Positions 26,031 to 38,400 of a stretch of DNA of 64,000 nucleotides are shown here, piece by piece. The notes under the pieces were generated by a model that saw only the letters and a list, made by a program, of their open reading frames with translations, did no database searches and had not been told where the DNA came from. This stretch comes from Antedon mediterranea. Taxonomy: Eukaryota > Animalia > Echinodermata. The DNA lies in contig NC_092673.1 in assembly GCF_964355755.1 (NCBI RefSeq), positions 20,953,648 to 21,017,647 of the forward strand. The letters run 5' to 3'. Within the stretch, counting starts at the first letter, position 1. Every line of letters begins with the position of its first letter. Both the position numbers and the translations under genes were made by a program.

Positions 26031-27831
26031 ATTAGCATGACAAAAAAAACTCATTTAAAACATCATGAAGAGAACTTTTAGTATTACAAATAAACACGGT
26101 TTTCATATCTCTTCTAGCACGTTTTAAGGGTGGAGACTAAACAGTTTGGTAATTGCCACATTCTTCGTTTAATTCATTGCGCTACTATTACAGAATATTA
26201 TACCAGTACGTCTCTGAAATAACATTCTTGTCGGAAAAAGAAAATAACTAATGACTAGCGATAGAGAACAACAAGCACCAACTTAAAATGTCTAGACTTT
26301 TGTACAATGACTCGTCGTTCGTCTATTCTTCTATAACACACCAAATAAATTGAACGGGTTGATTTAATTGAAATCGAAAACACATCGTTTGTTTTATAAT
26401 TAGCAATTATAGGATCCGTGTGCGTATCATTTATTGTATATAAATCATGCACAGCCATGAACCAATGTATACTTTTGTTTCTTTATTATCAATGTTATCT
26501 AAATTCAGTGATTTGTAGGTTAATTATCAACAAAATAATATGCAGTTATTTTGTAGGATAAAATGTTTTGATTAAAATGCTTAATGAGCTGCTGTTATCT
26601 GGTCCTACTCATTCCCTAAAGATTACGAGATTAGCATGTATAAAGGCAAATTTACACATACGAGCGGTACTAAGGTAAGTGGAAAACCACGTAGCTTGTC
26701 CCACGTAGATTCTGTATCTATCCTGAGCGGAAACGGCCGGTCCATTCTATTTGTATTACCGGTTACCGCTCGTTGGTGTAAATACATCAGACTACAAATT
26801 GTTCCTTTGTAAGGACACGACAGGCTATTGCTTTTGTTACTAAACTTGATATGAAACGAAGATATTCCTTCTGTGCTTTTCTAAATACCCGTATGCGAGA
26901 AGTTTATGTATGAAATAAATCAATAGTTACTTAAACTTGTAATTTGATTTCTTGGAATTCAATAAATGTTAACAAAGTGTCTCCTACGGCCTCGATTACA
27001 TTAAATGATTGTAATTATTCCATTCAATTATTGTAATTATTCTATTCAATTCAATGGATACCGATATTATACAATCATTGCTATTTCAATATCAGACAAG
27101 ACCAAATTTAATTAATGTCTTTTGATTTGCAATGGATTAATAAATCATTAACATAAGATGTGGTATGTCGTAGGCCTACTACCTCGGGGGTGTGGTTGTT
27201 CTAGTGAGGAAAATGTCTGGGTGGTAGCTGTCTTAGAATGTAGACGTTTGGGCTGTTTTTTGTCAAGGGGATTTCCGAGGCTAGTTGTCTAGAAGGTAGA
27301 CGTCCGGGTGGTAGTAACTTGTCTGGGAGATGGGGGTAGTTGTCCCGGGGGTACAGTAGATGTCCAGGTAGTACTCGTTGCGTGGGGATAGTTTCCGGAG
27401 GTAGTTGTCAAGGTGATAGTACTATGGGGTAGAGATGTTCTAGTCGGTAGATTGTCCGGTGATTGTCCGATGATGAAAGGTTATTTTTCAACGAGGCGAA
27501 GCCGCGTTTTAATATAACCTTTCATCATTCACCGAATTTTTGTAAATATATTGTTTTTTTATAATATATTAAATATTATTTATATTTATTAGGATTTTAT
27601 AAACACACCGTACCATGTGTTATTTATGTCAACAAACAATCCTTGGCCTAGCTAGGCTAAAGCGCCTAGGGCCTGGATATGCTAGAAATGCAGCGATACC
27701 ATCCGAAAATTCGACAGCAAAATGAAACTGATCTAATTCTGTTTTTTTCCAACGATTCCACATCTGGTAGAGATGTTCCCATAATAAAATTATACAAACA
27801 ATCTAAAGCTAACTTTTTTTGTCTTCATTAG

Positions 27832-28897
27832 CAGGGCCGTAGCCAGGATCTGTCAAGGGGGGGTTCGGACACTAAATATTTGGGTCAACCCCCCCCCCCC
27901 CCCCCCCCCTCCCCCAGCCTGATGCGAAGCGAATTTTGTTAAATGACACCCCTAGATGGCCGGAAAAGGCACTCTCGCGCAGCATGCTATATAACCAATG
28001 AGCAAAAAGATCGTACTTTTTTCCTCCTCCTCAAACACGTCGATAATTTAAATGACCATAACTATTTGTTGCCGTATGTTAGATGCGCATGCTCTGTGCG
28101 GAACCGCCGATTGTTTGATCATTTACTCCGTATTTTGTTTTGCGTTCAAGTTCAATGCGAACATATATCTAGGAGCAGCCCCGAAAAAAGCACACTGGGT
28201 GAAGGCAAATGCTATTTGCTAGCTCTATCTATAATATTTATTTACAGCAATTTGTTGAGGAATATAAATATGTAAATAGGTGATATTGATACATTTTAGT
28301 ACGTATCGGCTGGTGGTCTAGAAAAAAATAATCGGATGCCATAATGTGAACTACAGTACTTGATACCATAGATATTATAGTGTAAAATATTAATATTCAC
28401 TATAATCCTCTATGATACATTATACTTCATAGTCAACCATAAATACTGATGTACGTCGGAAGGCTATATACTTTATGCATGCTGCCTGACTGCCAGTGAT
28501 CTAAACAATTATAGGTACGCAGTTGTCTGGCGGTGTCCTTTGTACGAATCGTTCGTGCGCCAGCTCGCTATGAGACGCGTCAATATCATGTTACATGCAG
28601 GGACCAAACATTTATTTTTCAGGTTAAAATCGGCAATTCATTTGCAGCTTTTAGAAATTTACAGACACGTATCACCAGTTGACGCTCATACAGAGAAGAA
28701 GGTTCACGAACAAGTTTACGAATTTTTCAATTTACAAACAACTTTTTGTACTGTGGGGCACGTATTTGGAGGATTTTTGGAGATGAGGGTGAGGTATTGG
28801 GCATGTCGGGGATGGGGGGTTCGCAGTTGGTTAAGGGGGGTTCGCTGTAAAGGGGGGGTTCGCCCGAACCATAAAACCCCCCCTGGCTACGGGCCTG
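27832..28897. mobile_element. 1.07-kb non-autonomous DNA transposon with a 5-bp target-site duplication
   Basis: Termini cagggccgtagccagg ... cctggctacgggcctg, flanked on both sides by attag, with subterminal ggggggttcg repeats. Confidence 0.8.
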
Positions 28898-29010
28898 ATT
28901 AGTACATATATCTCTCTTCAGAAATGTACTTCCGTCGCGATACGAGTATCACACTCATATCATCGCGGTGGAAGTACAAAATAGGCGGCGATGTTGGATT
29001 TCAAAAGTAA

Positions 29011-29410
29011 AGGCCCATTTACACTAGGACGATAACGATCGACGATAAATAGATAAGCATGCATTTTTCTTATATAAAACAAAATAATTTAGAAAGTTTT
29101 TCGTTCTAGAATTATAGAATACTCATTTATTCTGTCTTTGATAAAATAATATTTTTTTTAAAATCCAATCAAATGACGTCATGATAAATAAACAAAAAAA
29201 TATCGTTGTATTGTCACGATATTATTACTCTTACTAATCATGACGTCATTTGATTGGACGTCTGAAAATATCATTTTCATCAAAGGAAGCATAGATGGTT
29301 CCTAAATAGTCCTAGAATAAATACTTTTTAGATTTCTTTTGTTTTATGGATGAGCAATGCATATTTGTTTATTTATCGTCGATTGTTATCGTCCTAGTGT
29401 AAATGGCCCT
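29011..29410. mobile_element. 400-bp foldback MITE with TAA flanks (PIF/Harbinger-like)
   Basis: aggcccatttacactaggacgataacgatcgacgataaat ... atttatcgtcgattgttatcgtcctagtgtaaatggccct. The imperfect palindrome extends inward to ccaatcaaatgacgtcatgat / atcatgacgtcatttgattgg. Confidence 0.85.
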
Positions 29411-30488
29411 TAATGGTCTTAAAAAAATACTTTCCGTACGCGAAAAGATTTTTTTTTCGTACACAAAAAAAAGTACCATTTAACGATCGTTAAATAGTGC
29501 GTACTATTGCACGCCATGACTCCATAATCGTCCAATCAAATGACAGGCATTTATTTAGGTGTTACTGTATATTATACAAATAATGAATGTTTATGAGTGC
29601 AATGGTACAAATAATGGCACGAGGTGAATGATGAAAGGTTATATCAACGAGGCAAAGCCGAGTTGATATAACCTTTCATCATTCACCAAGTGCCATTATT
29701 TGTACCATTACACGAATACAAAACATTCATTATTTGTTTTATATAACATCTAGACGTTTTTTTTCGTACACAAAAATGTTTCAAAAAGTACTATTTAACA
29801 ATCGTTGAATAGTGCGTACTATTGCACGCCATGTGACCCACATTCGTCCAATCAAATGACAGGAATTTATATAGGTGTTATATAAAAACGTATATATTAT
29901 CATATAATTATATTGATACAGTAAAAATAGTAATATGCAATCAATTGCAATGTGGGCCATTCAGCAATTCAATTCTGCACAATCTCTTATTGGTAGATCT
30001 TATTCAAGAGTTCGTAACGTATGTTATATAATCCTACATTTATTCATTATGTTGTAATCTACATAATACATTGACTTGTTTCATTTAATAAGCGGTGAAT
30101 GATGTTCAATGTTTATCCTTGTTTATTCTCAAGGGAACATTATTCATTAATAAGAATTACATTATTATTTGGTTCAGAGGCAATTTTGTATTACAGTATA
30201 AATAATAATAATAATGGTAGTCTTTAGCTCTGTCTACACTATCAAACTTTATGTGACAAAAAAATGTGATTTACCCATTTATGGACACGATGACGTCATA
30301 TCACTACCATGATTGATTACATCACATCTTTTTTATAGCGCCTAATACAATGTTTCTAAGTGCTTTACACACAAAAATGATCCATAAAATGAAGAAAAGC
30401 AGAGAAACCATCTACACCGGTCCGTTCTCCAGCACTTTGAAGCTCCCATATGAGAGCTAGCCGGAACAGTATTCACAGTAGCTCGAGT

Positions 30489-30650
30489 AAAGGCCAATTT
30501 ACACAGACGAGCAGTAACGATAAGCGGAATCTGTATCTATCCTGAGTGAAAACCGCCTGTCCGTTCTGTGTTATGTGTAAATGGTCATAGGAATAACATA
30601 GGTTCTATATTTTTACTACCGTTACCGCTCGTCTGTGTAAATTGGCCTTA
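30489..30650. mobile_element. MITE
   Basis: aaggccaatttacacagacgagcagtaacg ... cgttaccgctcgtctgtgtaaattggcctt. Related pieces at about 19018-19100 and 26643-26785. Confidence 0.75.
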
Positions 30651-32433
30651 AAAAAAGAACCAAGATGTTTTAAAGTAAATATTATGTATCAAAAAATCAG
30701 ACAATATACAGTAAATGATACACTAATCCACATCAGATGCACTAATCGACATCATATGCGTTTGCATTTAGTGCAGCTTCCTCAGCTTGTGCGCACAGCT
30801 TTATACTGTGAACAACCAATAACTGTGCATGCTGCACTAAACGCAAAAACATCATGTTGATAATTAAGTATACTACAAAATTAGTATACAACCAACTGGC
30901 AAAGAAGGCTATATACACAGAGATGATGAGTTCTCTGTTTATTGCTTTAATAATTTGATGTTAATTGCAATTTTGGAAATTGGTTGCAATTGACTAATGA
31001 TTCTAACATAAAAATTAGTCGTTATTAAACATAATGTTAACTAGTTCACAATTGAATGCCTTTTAGTATCCTTCTATTGTTTACATATATGCCTCTTTAA
31101 ATACCTAATGTAAAATTGATCTTCTAACCAATTGCTACTATCCCTACGGGAATATGGTAATATTGGTTATTGTTAAGTCTGCATACTAATGAAATTTAAC
31201 CTCATTACAAAGATGATAAGTATATAAATCCAAAGGCAAATTACTGTAAAATAATGAAAATGCTGTGGGTATCAGTGGCTGGATCTCAATGGAGATACAA
31301 AAAAGAAGCGACAAGCTAAATCAAAACGATAAAGTAAAACAGCCAGAAAGGTAGCAGAGCTTTCGGGCAACACTAGCTGTTCATCAGTGCAAGTGAGCAT
31401 ACTATATATGTTATTGTTCTTTATTATTTCATAAGATAAAAAGGTATAGAGGAGTATCATACATAAACAGTAAAAACCCTGTTCATTATTAGACAAGTAG
31501 GGGGTACCCCGGTGAACTGGTTCACAAAATCTAAACCTATCTGATAGTACAGTAATTCATTTACTATTGGTAATCCTTGGCCACATCCAGTCCTCAATTG
31601 GAACCATGGATAATGAGGCAAATATAAAATTATTAATCTTACAATTTACTTCAATGTTTGTATTTGTTTTAGCATACTAAGTTGTAACTAGCTCAAAGGT
31701 CAGCTACATGTGGGTTACAGTAGGTACTATATGTGGGCAAGGTGTACAATAGATGGTCTGTACAGTAGGTAGGTGAGGTTTGAGCCAAACTTTATTTCTG
31801 CTAGTCTCAAGCGGTGTTTCTGCAGCCAATTTTTTACCCAATCAAGATATTAAATTAATACAAAAATATATGCCGCTTGATCAGACATAACTGAACCAAG
31901 TAGCCAACGCAATAATCTGTTCTTCAGGTCAAACATTATCCGATACTTAATCTGATTTTAATGAGATAATTATCGGTTAATTTTTCTCTTGAGCAGTATC
32001 GATTAAACCTTGTTTCAACAAGACTTTTAATGCTTAATTTGTAACAGTTAATTATCGGTTAATTTTTGGCTGCAGAAGCACAGACTTTGGCTACTACATC
32101 AATTTAATTTCGACTAGTATATCACTTTTTTGGTCAACCTTTCATATTATGTATGTTTGTTATTATTTAACATAATATGAAAAATAAACTGAAAAATTAA
32201 ACTCCATGTATTCTTAATTTTCCTTTAAGAGATGCTATGACTAAAAATTCTTAATTATAATACTGTAAAAGTCATTTAGCATTTATACTATATAAATATA
32301 ATTATATAAATTTTCTTTTCAAATACCATAGTGTGAAAATGGTCAACAGTACAATAATTAAAGAATTTGTTGTGGAAAGTTTGCTGTACAAGATAAAACC
32401 AAGAGAGCAGACTATTTCTTGAAGTAAGATACA

Positions 32434-35400
32434 TCACCTAGTTACATTGTCAGCCTTGCCGAGTTTTTGTCCAAAGAGTGATTTATAGAGTTCTGTTCTG
32501 AAAATATATAAAATTACAAATAATTAATGTGCTGCAAATCACATTATGCAAAGAATGTCATAATAAACATACCAGTTTTCTACATAAAATCAGTGATTGT
32601 TTCACGGCTTGCTGGAATAAAGCTCTGTCTACACTATCAATCTAGTTTCACAAAAAATAAGTGTGATGTGCCCAAATATGGTAGTGATATATATGGGCAC
32701 AACACATAAAGTACAGTAGGTTGTCTTACACATGTCATGCATTATTTTAAATAAGTGTGATGTGCCCAAATATGGTAGTGATATATATGGGCACATCACA
32801 TAAAGTACAGTAGGTTGTCTTACACATGTCATGCATTATTTTAAATAAGTGTGATGTGCCCAAATATGGTAGTGATATATATGGGCACATCACATAAAGT
32901 ACAGTAGGTTGTCTTACACATGTCATGCATTATTTTAAATAAGTGTGATGTGCCCAAATATGGTAGTGATATATATGGGCACAACACATAAAGTACAGTA
33001 GGTTGTCTTACACATGTCATGCATTATTTTAAATAAGTGTGATGTGCCCAAATATGGTAGTGATATATATGGGCACAACACATAAAGTACAGTAGGTTGT
33101 CTTACACATGTCATGCATTATTTTAAATAAGTGTGATGTGCCCAAATATGGTAGTGATATATATGGGCACAACACATAAAGTACAGTAGGTTGTCTTACA
33201 CATGTCATGCATTATTTTAAATAAGTGTGATGTGCCCAAATATGGTAGTGATATATATGGGCACATCACATACAGTACAGTAGGTTGTCTTACACATGTC
33301 ATGCATTATTTTAAATAAGTGTGATGTGCCCAAATATGGTAGTAATATATATGGGCACATCACATAAAGTACAGTAGGTTGTCTTACACATGTCATGCAT
33401 TATTTTAAATAAGTGTGATGTGCCCAAATATGGTAGTGATATATATGGGCACATCACATAAAGTACAGTAGGTTGTCTTACACATGTCATGCATTATTTT
33501 AAATAAGTGTGATGTGCCCAAATATGGTAGTGATATATATGGGCACATCACATAAAGTACAGTAGGTTGTCTTACACATGTCATGCATTATTTTAAATAA
33601 GTGTGATGTGCCCAAATATGGTAGTGATATATATGGGCACATCACATAAAGTACAGTAGGTTGTCTTACACATGTCATGCATTATTTTAAATAAGTGTGA
33701 TGTGCCCAAATATGGTAGTGATATATATGGGCACATCACATAAAGTACAGTAGGTTGTCTTACACATGTCATGCATTATTTTAAATAAGTGTGATGTGCC
33801 CAAATATGGTAGTGATATATATGGGCACATCACATAAAGTACAGTAGGTTGTCTTACACATGTCATGCATTATTTTAAATAAGTGTGATGTGCCCAAATA
33901 TGGTAGTGATATATATGGGCACATCACATAAAGTACAGTAGGTTGTCTTACACATGTCATGCATTATTTTCTCCCATTTTAACTATTAAAGGTACTATTG
34001 CACAATCAGTTTGTTGCGACTGAATTAAATTTTAATATAGGTGTAACAGTAGGTGTGTTATAATATAATAACTTTATTGACAAACAATTTTGGATCAGTA
34101 GCAACACACTTAATAGCGGTGCAGTCAACTTAAACAACATACAAATTTAAAAACAAACAAAAATATTTACAATAAAATAATAATAAAATAAAAGTGTTAT
34201 AAACCAAATAATTGTTTTGTAATTATTGAATGGGGAGATGTTTTGTTGAAAGAGCAGTTGTGTTTCACTTCACTCATTCACTAACCACGTTTCACTATTA
34301 TGAAATGAATGATAATATTCACCTCGATTCGTGAGACAAAGAACATGTTTCATCTGCGGCCATGAAACTCACTAATTTCTGATGAACATCATATCTGAAA
34401 GATATCAATGGATTAGATGTTAAAGTCTAGACTACAATAGATTTGTCACATCGAATAAGAAGCACAAACCACAACGTTTACTAATATATTCTTTTTCAGT
34501 TTTGCTTCACAGAAATCAATAACAATGTAAAGGTTACCTGAACTTATGTCAATTAACTTTAATATCAATGTACAGGTATACATATAATTGCAAATCGTTT
34601 AAAGAATGACGGTATTTTGGTCTCTTGAGAGCAAGACCGAATTTGCAAGAAAGATCAAGGAAACAATATACAGTAGTCTAATAGAATTAAGCATAATTAA
34701 ATGCGAATTTATTTAAGTATAAAATGTTCAAGTATTTAGTATGGTGATCACAATGTTGTGGAAATCAACAGATGAATAAAGCTCTGTCTACACTATCAAA
34801 CTAGTTTGACAAAAAGAGTGTGATGTGCCCAAATATGGTAGTGATATGACATTATCGTGTCCATATATAGCCACATCACATACAGTGTGACAGTGTATTC
34901 AGAGCTTACCCCATACCTATATAAATAAGGAGTTATTTCTTTGTTCTCTGTCTTCACATTTCAACATTACGATGTTTGACTTACCGTATCTTTCTACCTT
35001 TGCTGGCCTTTGTGTCAACTTTCTTGCGGACTTTGCTACGTAGTTTTTGTACTTCTAACCATTGTCTAAAAAAAAAATTGTTTTCAAGACATGTATACAA
35101 TTTCAGATTTTTTACAATTTTTAAACTGCCTTAAAAAACCAAGTTGAATATTAATTGTACATTGGAATTTTTGAATAGTCTTTAATTTACAACTCAATAA
35201 AATTAGGACTTAAGCCCTGTCTACACTATCAAACTTTATTTGACAAAAAAGTGATTTGCCCATATATGAACATGATGATGTCATATCACTACCATATTTG
35301 AGCATATCACTATCATATTTGGGCAAATCACACTTTTTTTGTCAAACAAATTAGATAGTGTAGACAGAGCTTTAGTTGTACCAAATGAGAGCAGTTAAGA

Positions 35401-38400
35401 CACATAATCGTCCCATTTGTGTCAATAAAACATAGACAATGTTAAGCTATGAAACATTCATAGAAAAAAGAACAACAAACAAACGTCACTAAACATAGAT
35501 TTGACTTTAAAACTAATTCCTAGTACATTCACGGTAAAGCCTTTGATTGAATTGATTGAAATATATATTTATACTGGGTGACCTCTTCAGTCAAAGACTG
35601 GTCTCCCAGAGGGCCCAGTTATGATCAGTGGCTGTGATGTACTAATACACCTCGGTAACCCCCTACTCGCCTCGAAAGATGTACTAGGTTCTTTAAAGTG
35701 CACACGAGCTAGATGTGTACACTGGACCTACGGTTTATAGTCCTTATCCGAGAAGACTCGTTCTACCTGCCACCAGAACCATGGAGTGAGCCTCGAACCC
35801 CTGCCGATGTTATGGCTACGTAATTACGGTTCCACTGTCTTAACCGCTTGGCCACTAACTCATTTAATTCATCCAGTATGAGTTATTGCTTTACGATAAT
35901 TATAGCATTTTGTTAAACCAGGAATTGTGTGCGTCAAAGACTAAAACTAAATTGGATTGAAATTAAGAAAAGTGTAATAAGAAAAAAAATAAACAGAGGT
36001 TGGCAGCCGGCGACAATTTTACTCTTCATATCGGTTTTGTTCAGGTCGCCAGGAGCGATAATACTTGTAAAAACCAGTTTTCACTTAAATTTGTTGTTAA
36101 CCCACATAAATACGTCATAGAGCGTCGCAATTTCAAGGGGTAGTGCTGAAATAGTGCACCTAGACAATAATGTGAATCTGTTTTGTATTGTAGATAGTAT
36201 TAAAATCGTATATTGTTTTTATTAACTTGCTCTGGTGTACATGACAAAACCTTTAAAAATGGTCTGGCAGTCAATAATATTAATACACATGACCACACAA
36301 AGATTTTGTATCTTTATCTTAATTTTCATTCAAAAACAATACACCTTATTGAATAATCATTCATTAATCAGCTATGTGTAATAACTGCGGCCTTCAATAG
36401 AAGCGACTACGGACCTCACTAGATAAATAATTAGATAAATCCTCAAACATTAAGATATGCTTCAATGTTTTGATCTATATTGATTAAAAAATAATCTTCT
36501 AGATGATTTAATAAAGATTGATTGTTTAAGCAGATTTCCCCGCCATATATGGAATTTTATATTAAGCTCTGTCTAAACTTTCAAACTGTATGTGACAAAG
36601 AATGTGATGAACAAGACGTCATATCGCTACCATATTGGATACATCACACTTTTGTTGTCAGACTAGTTTGATAGTGTAGACTGTAGCTTTAAACAATTTT
36701 TGGAATACCTTGTTAGTTGTGTAGGGTCTGTAGAGCCGGCTGTACGTTTTTCAATCAACTCACGAAGAAGCTAGAAAATAAATAAACATTTATTCCTTGA
36801 TTTAAACAGCTTTACATAAATTGATTGAAAAAAATCTGTTCTTGTATTTCGTTTGTGCATAATCGTTCAACTAGTCATATATTCGTAATCCCAAGATATT
36901 TTAATACGATACAATCTTTAAGGCTTCAAGGCAAAAGAAATTTTCGATATTCTAAAGATGGTTTGCATATATAAACTTTGAAAATCAAAAAGACTAGTAT
37001 TATAACCATTGGCAATTTGTTATTATTGTAATTAAATATTAAAATATTGAGTTAAGTCCTAAGGATATGATTGAATGAAAAGAGTTGTGTACCGCAGAGG
37101 CCCCTGGTTTAGGAACCCTAAGTCGCCCTCCAATGCTGGACCCCATGTCGTTTTTAGCCTTTTTGACATATTATAATGTCTTTTTTCATCTGGCCCCTAT
37201 AAGCTCCGGGCCACTGGGTTTAGCCAGTGAGCACTCATAGCCGTTACTACACTGTTTACTAATAGCCATACTTAATGTGAATGTAAAGTTTTATCTCAGT
37301 TACTCTTAAAAAACATTCATGTTACATAACTTTATTTTTGTGAGAACTGAATGACTGACTTACCTGATGGTAGAAATCATCATCATCAAATATCTCAACA
37401 TCATAATCTTTTAAGTGCTGGTTTTGCTGAACTGGAATATCCTAAAATAATAATTTAATATTATACAATGTAATATATATTATTATTATTCTACAAAAGA
37501 AAGATGAGGGCGTATCAATTTGATCTCTGTTGCGCGTGTGTACAACTGAGGACTAGTGCTGTTCCGCCGTAGCACGCCGAGAATGTTAAAGAGTCGCTAT
37601 CACATTTCCACATTTATTCCACATTTATTTAGTCATCAATTACAGTACATCATAATTACAGTACAACTGAGAACAGGGATCCTGCATAAAAAAGCTGTAG
37701 CTTCGTTTTTTTGTAGGACCCTTTTACATAAGAACAAGTATATAGAACTTAAATAAACAAAGGTGTTGTTAATCAGCATATAGTGATAAAAAGTATTTTT
37801 TAACCTGTTTTTTTATACATTTAGTTTGTTTCTTTAAGATAACCGGTTTATTACCACCATTACAAGTGAATTCTTTCCACAATTTTGGTCCATATATGTG
37901 TATAAACTGTTGACTGCAAGTTAGTCTTATGAGTAGGCCTAATACTGTAACAGTAATTAAAAATATTTAAAATGTGATGTGGTAATTCATTGAATTTTAC
38001 GTTTGCCATAAATCCTATGACATTTACTTTGTAAATATCATAAACGTTTAATATTTTTAGTTTCTTAAACAGTGGCTCTGAGGCTTGTCTGGATTTAGAG
38101 AAGGTAATGCATTTTACAGCTCTCTTTTGGAGTTTTAGTATTACTTCTAACGTGCTCTTGTATGTATTTCCCCATATTAAGTTACCATACTGAAGGTGAG
38201 GTAATACTAAGGTGTTATAAAGACTAATACGGACTTTATGTGGAAAGAATTCTCTTACTTTTAAAAGTATACCAATTGCCCTAGACATTTTTTTCCTAAT
38301 AAGCTGTATGTGATGTTTCCAGTTAAGATTTTCGTTTAAAATTACACCTAGAAATGTCACATTTTCTTTTCTATGTAATAACACATTATTCATTTTTATT

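Noticed and set aside
25080-26054. Possible acidic (Asp/Glu-rich) coding exon
   Set aside because: Frequent stops and frame changes, no convincing splice sites, and simple-repeat composition.
27943-28902. 110-aa and 120-aa ORFs as a possible transposase
   Set aside because: No DDE or DNA-binding motifs, and the second runs through the terminal repeats.
32657-33970. Palindromic repeat plus spacer pattern resembling CRISPR
   Set aside because: The apparent spacers are identical in every unit; it is a MITE-derived tandem repeat.
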